Origin: a virus
Lineage: Duplodnaviria > Caudoviricetes
Direction: 5' to 3' (one strand)
Length of the DNA stretch: 64,000 nucleotides
Virus record (IMG/VR): IMGVR_UViG_3300018472_000401
Span: 1 to 64,000 of that record
The position numbers and the translations under genes are program-made. The notes under the pieces were generated by a model. That model had not been told where the DNA came from and made no database searches. It saw only the letters and a program-made list of their open reading frames with translations. This document shows, piece by piece, positions 8,701 through 17,847 of this stretch (the first letter of the stretch is position 1; each line of letters starts with the position of its first letter).

Positions 8701-11700
8701 AGTGGCAAGCATCATATTCTTTGCCCGTTGGTCAACCGCCATGAAGTAGTCCGTGAACAGATACCAGGCGCAAAGGCTGTTTACATCGAAGTATTGGCTA
8801 ACCTCTGCTTTGAACTTATCGGGATTGTTCCGGCAACTTACTATCCAGTTCCACAAACGGGTAATTGCGCCTTTTTGATAGGCGGTAGCATCGCCCCAAG
8901 TAACATCAGCCGGGAAGCGGAACTCCAGACTATCGTCAAACTCCGTCATGTCGCTTGTGGAGAACAGGCAGAGCAGTTTTGAGTTGTTCAGGAACTCCAA
9001 GCAGATGCACGGGTTTTCCTTTCCGGCAAGTGTTGCCTCGTCATTAAAGCCCTCGATACCCTCGAAGCCATAGACAACATGGCTGTCGCTCTTTTCGTTG
9101 TTGAAATTGAACTTTCCGAGATACTTGTTATTGCCGCTGCTGTCGTTGTCGTAAAATCCATCCATCGGGAAACCGTCAACGCCAATGCGCAAATCGTAGC
9201 TACCCTTATATGCCTGTTGTGGAGGTGTCAGGAAGCCGCATTTCTTCCACACGTCATTGACAAGGCGCACAGCACCCGTGTTGTGGGTAGAGGAACTATC
9301 GGAGAAATCGGCTTTCAAACACCAAATTTTAACAGGTCTTGCACCCGGTTTGAAACTATATTCAAGGCTGGGTACATCCTTTCCGTTCACTTCAAGCGTT
9401 GTGCCGTATTTTTCCATGCGGTCAAAATATATGCGGTAGTTCTTTCGGGGATACGTTGTGGATGATGTCCCCTGTATGCGAAGCCCTGCGCCACGAACGA
9501 TGAAGTCGTACTCCTTGCCGTATGCCGAGTAGAAGTATATGTCAACCGGGACTTCAAATTTCTTGTTGTTGGTCTGATTGACAAGTTCCACATCGCCCAC
9601 GATACGCATCACGGACTTACCCTGTGCTCTCAATTTCTCCATATCTACAGAAACGCCCTCATCGTCCATTACATCGTTGGAATTGTAAAGCGTAACCATT
9701 TCCTCGACCGTTTCCCGGTCAACCATGAAATTGACAAGCATTTCATCATCAGTTAAGGGTTTTTCGTAGATACGGATTGAGCGCATATCTACATCTGCCG
9801 CCTCCGAACTTACGGTGATGTTCACAGGGTTGGGCTGCAAAAGGCTCTCCGTTCCGGCATACTGCTTCGTACCACATCGCACACCGTTCACGTACAACTC
9901 CATAAGCCTTGTGTCCGTTTTCTTTTGGATTACAAAGCTGATATGGAAATTCATGTCAGGCACGAAAGGAGTGTTTACCGATGAGCCGTTGGAGGCTATC
10001 ATCTTCACCTCTTCCGCTGTCATTTGGAAGCCGATGCCGCCCTCCATGCAGGACAGGATAACGCCCTTTTTGTCCGTGATGTTGGAGCAACGTAACTCAA
10101 ATTCGTAGGTCGCCCCGTTGGGGGTGGCATCCGAGGCAAAGGGCTTGTAGCCTATCTCAATGTTTGCCCCGTTCTGCATCCTCAATGTTTCGCCCGTCCA
10201 GCCGCTACCGCTCCAGTCAAAGCCGTTGAAAGCGGTCTTGATACCGTTGTACTCCCATTGTGCCGGGTTTTCCTCCGTGTTGCTACGACCTGCGGCTGAA
10301 AGTTTCAGCACCTGCCCTGCGGTAATCTCCTCGATGTCGATGCTTGAAGCCTTAACATCAATGTAGAACGGGTACAGCGTTGTGCCGCACTCGAAACGCA
10401 TATTGGTCTTGCCTTGCGAGGTGTAGCGGTTGGTGTATATCTGCACCGTTCTTGGCACACTGACCGTCTGTGTCTTCACGTTGTCACGGAACACGGACAT
10501 ATCAGCCGGGGTCTTGTCGGGGTCGTATGCGATGAACTCAAAATCCATCTTCTCATACTGCCCTACCTCGATTGTCGGGGTCAGGTGGTCGCTCGTGAAG
10601 ATACGCCCATCAGCGTGGCGCAACAGCGTACCGATGAAAGGCTTGTAACTTCCGGCTTTCAGGATGTCAAAGTAGATACTTTCGGACTTGATTGTAAGGT
10701 CGTCCGAGGCATCCATTTCCGCAACCATTTGGATTGTATGCCGCCCGGCTGCAAGGGTACTCAACGAGAGGTTAAAGTTGCCGTTGGTGATGCCGGACTT
10801 GGTTACGGTCTGTGCGTTCTGCTGCTTGCCGTCCACATAGAGGGTCACGACCTTTGTTCCTGCACCCGAAACGGTGAACGGTATTGACACGGTTTCAAGC
10901 GTTCCGTAGCCGCCCTGCGCTACCTTGTTGGCAAGGTTGTAGGAAGTGGAGAGAGCCAGCGTAACCACCTTAACGGATGAATATGCCTGCTTGGTCTGCT
11001 TCTTGCCCTCGATGTCCGTAACCTCTGCTTTCACGTAGATGTCAGTCGTACCGAGCAGCAGGTACTTGGATATGTCAAGGCTGTAACTGCCCTTTGCGAC
11101 ATTGGTGTAGGACTGGGTGAAAACCGTCTGCACACCTCGCTTCATCTGTATGGTTATGTTCGCCCTCTGCCCAGTGGATTGCCCGGCTTCATCGCCACCT
11201 GTATATTGGTGGTCGTAGGTATAGGTCAGTATGGAACTGCCGCCCTCTTTGATAATCGGGTTATCAACGGAAGAGGAAAGCACGATTTTGGTTGCCGACC
11301 CGGTTTCACCGCCTCCGGCTGGTATGGTAAATTCCGTAATGGTTGCCGACTTGCTTTTAAGGCTCACCGTTACCGTGTTATCGTCATTCTCCGTTACCTC
11401 GCTGCCGAAAAGCGTACCAGCATCCACCTCGTTCAGTTTTGCCGTTACTGCGGCATTTTGAACAGGGTTAGTGGAATCGAGGTTCAAGGTTTCGTCCACT
11501 TCGGGAACATCCACGTTGAGAACCACGTTTCCGGCATCGTCAGGGGTCTTTTTCTCACCGTTGAATGTTATCTGCTTGACCGCACCTGCGCCCCCGTACT
11601 CTTCCCACGCTCCGGGGGTGAGGAAGCTGCTGACGCTTGTTCCGGCAAAGCGGTAATCAGCCCATTTCCCTGCGCTGACCTCGAAAGTGATAATCATGCC

Positions 11701-12420
11701 CAGTTTCGCCTCGTCTGCTATGTCAGCCCCGGCAAGAGACGCCACAGCCGTTTCCTTTGTGTAGTAGCCGCTGCCCAAAGGCTGCTCAACAGTAACATTG
11801 TAGAACCCCGAACCGCTGCCCGAACCACCCCCAAAGTCCTTCCACTTGGAAGCGTTGTTGAACTCCGTAGCCGTGTTGCCCGAGAACTGCTTGCAAGCCC
11901 AGCCCTTAGCCGTGTTGAAAATGAACACGACCCCGTCCTGCTTTGCCTCCATGATGTTGGCTGCGACAATAGCATTAACCGCTGCCGTGATGTCCGCATA
12001 CTTGGTTGTAGTGTTCAGCACCCGGTTCACGTTCACTATCGTACCCCTCAACTCGCCAGCGACATTTCCGAGGTTGCCGAGGGCGGTGTTTACCTTTCCG
12101 ACTGCTTCGTTAGCCGTTCCTGCTGCCGTTTCTGCAACTCCTGCCTTGTTTGCGGCAAGGGTAGCCGCTGCATCGGCACGGGTCGTAGCTTCGACAGCCT
12201 TATTTGCCGCCTCCGTTGCCTTTGCAGCCGCATCGGTGGCAGGTTTGCCCAACAGCGACACGGGGGCTGCTACAACCTTGTTACCTTTCATAGCCGGGAG
12301 GGTCTTAACCCCGTCAAGGGTTGAAACCTCCTCCAACTCGTTCACGCCCTGCGATGCAGCCTTAACCTGTGCAAGTACATCTTGAACGATTTGTTTTCTT
12401 TCCGCATCTGTAATAGCCAT
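5782..12420 (-). CDS. Large tail fibre / receptor-binding protein, DGR target 1 (CotH-like region, LRR-like region, C-terminal CLec-like VR domain)
   Basis: 2212 aa, last gene of the tail module; ENWYGNKAEW...RVVYRS...GSRLAF C-terminus containing VR1. Confidence 0.88.
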   Translation of the reverse strand: MAITDAERKQIVQDVLAQVKAASQGVNELEEVSTLDGVKTLPAMKGNKVVAAPVSLLGKPATDAAAKATEAANKAVEATTRADAAATLAANKAGVAETAAGTANEAVGKVNTALGNLGNVAGELRGTIVNVNRVLNTTTKYADITAAVNAIVAANIMEAKQDGVVFIFNTAKGWACKQFSGNTATEFNNASKWKDFGGGSGSGSGFYNVTVEQPLGSGYYTKETAVASLAGADIADEAKLGMIITFEVSAGKWADYRFAGTSVSSFLTPGAWEEYGGAGAVKQITFNGEKKTPDDAGNVVLNVDVPEVDETLNLDSTNPVQNAAVTAKLNEVDAGTLFGSEVTENDDNTVTVSLKSKSATITEFTIPAGGGETGSATKIVLSSSVDNPIIKEGGSSILTYTYDHQYTGGDEAGQSTGQRANITIQMKRGVQTVFTQSYTNVAKGSYSLDISKYLLLGTTDIYVKAEVTDIEGKKQTKQAYSSVKVVTLALSTSYNLANKVAQGGYGTLETVSIPFTVSGAGTKVVTLYVDGKQQNAQTVTKSGITNGNFNLSLSTLAAGRHTIQMVAEMDASDDLTIKSESIYFDILKAGSYKPFIGTLLRHADGRIFTSDHLTPTIEVGQYEKMDFEFIAYDPDKTPADMSVFRDNVKTQTVSVPRTVQIYTNRYTSQGKTNMRFECGTTLYPFYIDVKASSIDIEEITAGQVLKLSAAGRSNTEENPAQWEYNGIKTAFNGFDWSGSGWTGETLRMQNGANIEIGYKPFASDATPNGATYEFELRCSNITDKKGVILSCMEGGIGFQMTAEEVKMIASNGSSVNTPFVPDMNFHISFVIQKKTDTRLMELYVNGVRCGTKQYAGTESLLQPNPVNITVSSEAADVDMRSIRIYEKPLTDDEMLVNFMVDRETVEEMVTLYNSNDVMDDEGVSVDMEKLRAQGKSVMRIVGDVELVNQTNNKKFEVPVDIYFYSAYGKEYDFIVRGAGLRIQGTSSTTYPRKNYRIYFDRMEKYGTTLEVNGKDVPSLEYSFKPGARPVKIWCLKADFSDSSSTHNTGAVRLVNDVWKKCGFLTPPQQAYKGSYDLRIGVDGFPMDGFYDNDSSGNNKYLGKFNFNNEKSDSHVVYGFEGIEGFNDEATLAGKENPCICLEFLNNSKLLCLFSTSDMTEFDDSLEFRFPADVTWGDATAYQKGAITRLWNWIVSCRNNPDKFKAEVSQYFDVNSLCAWYLFTDYFMAVDQRAKNMMLATWDGLTWYFLPYDADTILGSRNDSVLAYTYIITHETFDNSTGSYAFAGHDSLLWELVRTAMKDKLIEVAGIIRSNMSTEEVLTMFNVTQMGNWSERVYNKDGYFKYIQPLTEGVSTTEGVKYYDYLYALQGNRYAHRLYTIKNRFALMDAQYVAGTYRADSFACYFGYKFSQSPRKVKITASERYYFGYGYTNGTPTQSAVLAENEGSKVELTISTDLIVNDPQNFYGASRIRDLDLTNVSHAILQTLNLNNCTALRSLNVSCGSTQKTLNALIVTNCKSLQSLTMNGLLSESFTNIDLSGNAKLEVLSAGNTALKSVSFAKGAPLMSVVLPATLQTLELVSLNRLTNDGLQLEGTDNIDRLVVDDCASIDWIALFNKCQNVKYLRVTGVDMKDDGTLLNRLMKIGGVDENGGNTPTCRLVGKCQLTTYIDDATFAQMQEHFPELQISQPEYTVIKHLEHITDGTGFSNLDNKTGYDYDNEFEYSGHVAKILSKRYRCLGKKTANGEETICRLHDKHSSYYNDAVSVNLATPAILTGAEGDVWMFEPHYWYKGVNDFLNKAKYRIFSSLENEPTKAESIKLMQDDLEVKPGYAVRIQVDYNTLAEAETQVSQNSYYTVDVRGYKQVRFPGLVSAVYGALFLDSEGNIIERMKATSDSGIINGMYLFNAIPANAVKLAFSVVNNAPFDYVLLTKSEDIEAIEPDWCEHVECLTGVYEALLRDDMLRSISDVQSSASITQPDFKQYAKNRGNGFQLVDWEMHKDVCNLFYAKYGKADSQGTCGYGSNTNGRATGLTNEAGMTDTFANPDNHEEKTAYIMVDGAKKNIQSPNVLGYENWYGNKAEWINDTFNEGVVDYSMHITMPDGSIRKLKGDTTGGDRYPMNVVNGRHMDVWVARAGGSTSSYYFDDNYVSGYINRVVYRSDSVANAYGGVACASTYSDSSFTSTHIGSRLAFRGKIVIAKSVAAFKAIVEIA
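5849..5960 (-). repeat. DGR variable repeat VR1
   Basis: 112-nt alignment to TR with 13 mismatches, all at TR adenines; 3' end CTTGCCTTC versus TR CTTGCAAAC (IMH/IMH*). Confidence 0.97.
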
Positions 12421-12427
12421 ATTGTTA

Positions 12428-12739
12428 TTATTTTATGGGGTTAATAGACTGCGTATCGCCCTCGTTTTCCCCCGTATTCTCAATTTGTTCAATCAATCCG
12501 TCAATGAAACCCGGAATGCACATTTTTTCGGCTGTACTCCGAATTAGTGCCACCTCTTCATTGCTAAAACTCGTTTCTCCCTCACTCTGAAATATCTTCA
12601 ATGCAAGGGCGTGTGAGCGGATGCCGTTCACCCCTGTGTAGAGCAAGTCGGCAAATATCTCTCGCACATCGACTTCTTTTTTGGTTTTCTTGCTTACGCT
12701 TGTGTAAACACAGAAAGATTTGAAATTTAATTTTGCCAT
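12428..12739 (-). CDS. Hypothetical tail-region protein (start MAKLN at 12739)
   Basis: ORF between the two large tail genes. Confidence 0.6.
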   Translation of the reverse strand: MAKLNFKSFCVYTSVSKKTKKEVDVREIFADLLYTGVNGIRSHALALKIFQSEGETSFSNEEVALIRSTAEKMCIPGFIDGLIEQIENTGENEGDTQSINPIK

Positions 12740-12743
12740 TTTG

Positions 12744-15700
12744 TTATGATGAATAGTTAATAATCTGATACCTAAATCCATCTGCTTTTGTAATTAAAAG
12801 CATAACAGAATCTCCTTGCTCCATAGCATAATCTTGTGTCCCTTCATTTTGATTGTATATTCCTTTTAGTATAATTCTTTTAGAGCCAGTTCTTACTCGA
12901 AAAATTACAGTAGCTGCAAAATCTGTAGGCAAAGAACTTAACCCAAATTGCCTTGCAACTGAACTTTCTGTAGGAAGAGTGACTTCAATGCTACTATAGT
13001 TAGGATTGTTATAATACAGCAAAATAATATTATTTTGAGAAAAATCAATAGAGTAAGTAGACCCACTGAACGTTAACAGCTTAGCTTTAGTATTAATAAA
13101 TGCTGGAGCCATCAATGCTGCGTTTGAGCTTATTCCATAATTTTTTGTCCCACCGCTCACACTGATAAACAATCCATAATTGGCTTGGTCAAAGCCATAG
13201 TTGCCGGATGTATTTGGATGAGTATTGACAATTCTACCTGCTGCTGTAAATGCGCCTCCGGCTGAAGATGGAATCACATCATCTCCAAACATGACATAAC
13301 CGTTGCCAGCACCGACCCGGAAGAAATCGTCATATATGGCTAACCCTCCTCCGTAGTCGTTATCCGAAGTTGTGGCAGAGCCAATGCGCCCCGAAGCAAT
13401 CTCAAAGCCGCCAATCAGCCCTTTCTGCGTTTCAATTTCTCCGATGAATTTTCCGTTTTGGGCAATGATGCTGCCGTCTTCCAATATCTTGAAATTTCCA
13501 TTAGCGGTTACAAGTCCCTCCAACGCAATATTTTTTGCCTTTATCTTGATACTTGATGCAGTCTGTTCAATGAACGAAACCAAATTACCTGCTGAATCGA
13601 AAGCGAACATCTTGTTTGCCTCTGCCGTGGTAACAAGTCCAGCTGTATTCTTGATGCTGCCATCCTCGTTAAATCGGGATGCAACAAGGCTGATTTGTTC
13701 CGCAGTCTGCTCAATAGCCGTGTTCAGTTTATCGGTCATTCCCGTTTCAAGGTCGGTAAGACTTTCAGACACTTCGGAGCGTATCTCACGGGCTGTAATC
13801 GTCATTTCTGTGTGGTACTCTTCCAGTTTCCGTGTGGTTTCCGCACGTTCCTCCGCAGCCAGCGTAAACTTTTTGTCGGTCTGCTCAAAGAAAGTCTTGT
13901 AACGCTGCTCGATGTCTGCGATGCGGTCAAGGGAAAGCCGGACGGCATACAGGTACATTTCACCCGAGAACGACAATCGGAAGTCGCCCGTGCCGTTCCA
14001 TAAGCCCGTTGCCTCAAAGGTCTTATACTCCTCGCCCGTTGCCTCAATCTCTTGGTTCACGGAAAGCATTTCAAACGGGCTGAACCCCTCCTGATTTGCT
14101 CCCTCGAACTCGATTTTGAGCGTGCCGGGTGTGATGCAACGGTAGAAGAAAGACAGGTAGAACTTCTTGGGCAGAAACATTCCGTCAATGTCCTTTTCAT
14201 CGCATACGGGGTGACTCTCGAAGTTCTCGTTGCGCTGCAACAGGTAGCGGTTCTTGATATACAGCACGGTGCGGTTGCGGTCGGTCATTATTCCCGTGTA
14301 GGCGGTCTTATTGGCGTAGGGCTTATCGTTGAGCCATATCCATTTGTTGCCTATGAGGAAGAAAGTTACACCGTTGTCTGTTTCCCAACCGTCCATGTTG
14401 TCGTTGAAGTAGGCGTTACGCAAGTAACTCTCGTATGCCATAAGTTCCTTTTCAACGGACTGAATTTCCGAACTTATGCGCCCCTCCAGTATCTCAAACC
14501 TCGTCTTGACATCCTCGCCAGTAGAGAGGACAAACGTACCTCGCAAATATGCATTGTCGGCATACAGACCATCCCCGTGAGGCTGATTATCGGCAGGGAA
14601 AGCGTTATCACTAATCCCATCAAGATTGCCCAGCCTCGCACGCAAACAGCCCTCGAAATTCTTTGTCTTTACCCCGTTCAGGACATCAATGCGTGGCTGT
14701 CCGTCCTCCGTTGCGGATATGCTGATAAGGTTTTGGCGCAACGGGTTATCGGTGTTACCCATCAGCACGCACTCGTCCCCCTCTTCCGGCTGCACCCCCT
14801 CAAATTCAGAAATAGGCACGGTTATGGTGTCCCCGTCAGAAGAGGAAACACGCACCCAGTAGTATTTGATGCCCGAACCCGTCCACACTTGGCAGTGCAT
14901 CAGGTCGCCCTCCGCAAATGTGTTCGTGTCCTCGAACTTGATAAGGTAGTTTTCTCCGCTCTCGTCAGTTTCCACGGTCTTTATCTTGCCGTTTCCAGCA
15001 GACACGACCAACTGACCGCCTACCGCCCTAATCTTGGCAATAAGCAGCTCGTACACGGTCATAAGTTTGCGCACGGTCAGGCGGTCTATCGTCATGCTCC
15101 AGTCGCCTGTTGCGAGCATCTTCCATATTTGGAAGCCCTCACCGAAAAAGCCGTCAACAAACTTCTCCGAGCCTATCTGCCCGACAATTGCGGTCGCAAT
15201 CTTGGCAAGGGTGCGTACAAGTAGGCTGTGCGCCTCCAAGTTTCCGTCCTTGTCGAACTTGCCGCCCGACACGCCCTCCTCGTAAAAACCAGCCTCTATG
15301 CCGTCAAGGAACTTCTTTAGACCAGTGGCGACATCGGGGTTTACTTTATGCAGGAACTCCGACTTGGCACGAAGTGAGGAATATACGTTGTGGTCGCTGG
15401 GGGTAGTGCCATCGTGCCGCTTGATAACATACACGCCACTGCCTCCACCTGAAAAATACTGCGTATTGTTGTAGGTGATTGAATCGACCTTTTCTTCAAG
15501 TGCCGCCCGGCTTGAATAGGCTGCGCTCTCGCCAACGGTATAGGTACAGCTATATCGGTTATCCAAACGCTTCTCAAAGGAGCGCACACGGCTGATACGG
15601 TAGCCGTTATCGAAGTAGCCCTCATTACGCAACTCCACCGCCTGACCAATATCCAAGTCCACGACATCGGAGGGCAGGTAAACCATTTCCCCGTTGCGCT

Positions 15701-17012
15701 CCTTGTACCCGGCACAACGCACAGGGTCGGTCGGGCAGTTGTATATGGACTTGTCTTGGCTCTTCTTCAAGATAATCTCGTGAGCCTTTGCCAGTAACTC
15801 CTGTTCGGCTTGCGGAATGAGCCTGTCGGAAACAAATTTAGTGTCGTAACCGTAAAGGATGTACGTGTCGCCATTCGAGGGCTTGAAGTTCTCGCTTGGC
15901 AATGCAATCCCGTAGTCCTCATTCCTGACAATCTCCCACAACTGCGCACCGCTTTGGCTCTCTGCAAGCCCGTCCGGGTTGAAAGTAACGGCAAAGTCCA
16001 TTCCGGCAAGCGTTCCCGACTGGAAGATGATGCGAAGTTCCTCACCGGGTATGATGTACTCCTTTGAGAACTTCACGCCCGTATCTTTGAAGCGGTAGGC
16101 GTTCCATTTCACTTCCTCCGTGCTGCCGTCCTCTTGTTCCACCTTATCGGTGTATTCCTTTGTGGTGATATTAGACATCGTGCCGACACGGTGGGGGTAA
16201 ATCTCATCAAGCACGACAATTCCCTCAACCACATCTTCGGGCTGCATATTGTCCCAAGCGTCTATGTGGTCTATCCCGGCAGGAAGTTTCAACCTACGTT
16301 CAACAACGCCCTCTATAACAAGGCTGTCATCTTCGTTCTTGCGGTAATCCTGCGGCACGTTACGGGTAGAGCCGAAAGCATAGAGCCGGGTGATATAGTC
16401 TGTGTCCTGCCCGTCCTCACGCTCCATTCCGTTTACCACATCGCCCTCCTCGAACACGACCGGGCTACCGTACTCGCATTTTGACAGATGTATCACGTTA
16501 TCAGTTATCCACCACTCCGTTTCCCACGTTTGGGCAATCAGTGTCAGGGCATCGAGTAGGTTGGTGCTGTCGAACTCAACCAACTTCATTTCCGTGAGGC
16601 TGGCATCAATCGTGTAACTCCAATCGCCAAACCCGGCTTCACGGAGGTTGTCAACGAGTATCTGCATGAAATACTTGGGCAGTTGGGTCATTTTCCATGC
16701 TTTCTCACTGCCTTTCTGTCGGTTGTAGAACATCTTGCGGTTCACCCATTTTGCCCAAGGTGGGCAGAACTTCTGTTCATACGACCAACCGCCATCGGAA
16801 CTGACATTGCGCTGCGGCTTATCAACGGTAACAATCTCGAAACGCCCAAACTCCGTTTCGATGTAGTCGCCTTTCCGCAGATGCACAAGCCTTTCAGTTT
16901 CAAAGGTCAAAAGCACGTATTCCTCTGCCATAAGTTCCTTATGGTACACGCTCCGCTCCGAAACCTCAACCGAATAGCGTATGTTGCCCTTTTTGTCCCT
17001 TATATCAATCAT
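12744..17012 (-). CDS. Minor tail / baseplate hub-spike protein
   Basis: 1422 aa; ITRLYAFGSTRN motif typical of siphophage Tal-like proteins; position after the TMP and Dit-like genes. Confidence 0.75.
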   Translation of the reverse strand: MIDIRDKKGNIRYSVEVSERSVYHKELMAEEYVLLTFETERLVHLRKGDYIETEFGRFEIVTVDKPQRNVSSDGGWSYEQKFCPPWAKWVNRKMFYNRQKGSEKAWKMTQLPKYFMQILVDNLREAGFGDWSYTIDASLTEMKLVEFDSTNLLDALTLIAQTWETEWWITDNVIHLSKCEYGSPVVFEEGDVVNGMEREDGQDTDYITRLYAFGSTRNVPQDYRKNEDDSLVIEGVVERRLKLPAGIDHIDAWDNMQPEDVVEGIVVLDEIYPHRVGTMSNITTKEYTDKVEQEDGSTEEVKWNAYRFKDTGVKFSKEYIIPGEELRIIFQSGTLAGMDFAVTFNPDGLAESQSGAQLWEIVRNEDYGIALPSENFKPSNGDTYILYGYDTKFVSDRLIPQAEQELLAKAHEIILKKSQDKSIYNCPTDPVRCAGYKERNGEMVYLPSDVVDLDIGQAVELRNEGYFDNGYRISRVRSFEKRLDNRYSCTYTVGESAAYSSRAALEEKVDSITYNNTQYFSGGGSGVYVIKRHDGTTPSDHNVYSSLRAKSEFLHKVNPDVATGLKKFLDGIEAGFYEEGVSGGKFDKDGNLEAHSLLVRTLAKIATAIVGQIGSEKFVDGFFGEGFQIWKMLATGDWSMTIDRLTVRKLMTVYELLIAKIRAVGGQLVVSAGNGKIKTVETDESGENYLIKFEDTNTFAEGDLMHCQVWTGSGIKYYWVRVSSSDGDTITVPISEFEGVQPEEGDECVLMGNTDNPLRQNLISISATEDGQPRIDVLNGVKTKNFEGCLRARLGNLDGISDNAFPADNQPHGDGLYADNAYLRGTFVLSTGEDVKTRFEILEGRISSEIQSVEKELMAYESYLRNAYFNDNMDGWETDNGVTFFLIGNKWIWLNDKPYANKTAYTGIMTDRNRTVLYIKNRYLLQRNENFESHPVCDEKDIDGMFLPKKFYLSFFYRCITPGTLKIEFEGANQEGFSPFEMLSVNQEIEATGEEYKTFEATGLWNGTGDFRLSFSGEMYLYAVRLSLDRIADIEQRYKTFFEQTDKKFTLAAEERAETTRKLEEYHTEMTITAREIRSEVSESLTDLETGMTDKLNTAIEQTAEQISLVASRFNEDGSIKNTAGLVTTAEANKMFAFDSAGNLVSFIEQTASSIKIKAKNIALEGLVTANGNFKILEDGSIIAQNGKFIGEIETQKGLIGGFEIASGRIGSATTSDNDYGGGLAIYDDFFRVGAGNGYVMFGDDVIPSSAGGAFTAAGRIVNTHPNTSGNYGFDQANYGLFISVSGGTKNYGISSNAALMAPAFINTKAKLLTFSGSTYSIDFSQNNIILLYYNNPNYSSIEVTLPTESSVARQFGLSSLPTDFAATVIFRVRTGSKRIILKGIYNQNEGTQDYAMEQGDSVMLLITKADGFRYQIINYSS

Positions 17013-17431
17013 ACTCTGTTCTTTGGGTTAGGTTCGTTCAACTTCAAGATGAATTTCCCAAGCCGTCCATTGAACTGCTTGAACTGCTGGCAGGAAACAT
17101 AAAGGAGGTGGTACACCACGCCCGGCTGGTACTTCGTGCGTATGTTCAGTTTGCCCTTTTCAAGTTCTTTCACGAAATTGCTGTACTTTGTCAGGAACTC
17201 CGTCAGGTTCTTGGCTTTGATAGCAAACACAAGCTGCAAGTCCCTCTCGTCAATCTTCGGGGGATTTTCCTCGCCCGACAAGACCTGCTTGCCGTGTATG
17301 AGCGCACTTTTATTCTCGATGTACCCTTTTACCGGGGCAGGGGTCAGTAAGGCGGTGAGTGATGTTTCACCGAATATCAAGCCCCATTCATCGTGCGCAT
17401 CTTTATTGTTTATGTAACACTCGCCTCTCAT
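17009..17431 (-). CDS. Distal tail protein-like
   Basis: Size and position downstream of the TMP; ends LNEPNPKNR. Confidence 0.5.
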   Translation of the reverse strand: MRGECYINNKDAHDEWGLIFGETSLTALLTPAPVKGYIENKSALIHGKQVLSGEENPPKIDERDLQLVFAIKAKNLTEFLTKYSNFVKELEKGKLNIRTKYQPGVVYHLLYVSCQQFKQFNGRLGKFILKLNEPNPKNRV

Positions 17432-17847
17432 AGTACAATCACCGTTTCGTCCTTGTCAATAGTTACCTCGCAGCCCCCTACGTTTACTATCAGGAGGACA
17501 GCGTAATTGCTTGCCTTTATGTGGGCTTTCGCCCCGTGCATGAGCATGACCTTGTGGACTACCTTATTTTCGTCAAATTTCAATTCTCCGCACGTATCGC
17601 CTATCAAGGCAATATCTTTATCATTTGAGCGAGAAACACGCCCTAAATCAACGAAAACGCCAAATTGCTCCACGTTGTACGGTTTCATGCGCTGGAACAT
17701 GGAGAGGCTGGGGAAATTCTTTTCCTCGCAGAACTCACGCCCCTGTGGGGAGAAAAAGAGCCAAGCAAGGCTTCTCCAGTCGCTCACCTTTCCCGAACCA
17801 CTGCAAGCCCCGTAAAGGGATGCCGACTTCATTATTTCCTTTATCAT
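17428..17847 (-). CDS. Hypothetical protein
   Basis: ORF with ATGA-type coupling to neighbours. Confidence 0.6.
   Translation of the reverse strand: MIKEIMKSASLYGACSGSGKVSDWRSLAWLFFSPQGREFCEEKNFPSLSMFQRMKPYNVEQFGVFVDLGRVSRSNDKDIALIGDTCGELKFDENKVVHKVMLMHGAKAHIKASNYAVLLIVNVGGCEVTIDKDETVIVL

Noticed and set aside
9213-9226. 10-nt match to the sRNA seed inside the tail fibre CDS
   Set aside because: Mid-gene, shorter, and compatible with chance
11179-12385. Long + strand ORFs opposite the tail fibre gene (381 aa, 179 aa)
   Set aside because: Antisense shadows of an Ala/Gly-rich gene; no recognisable motifs
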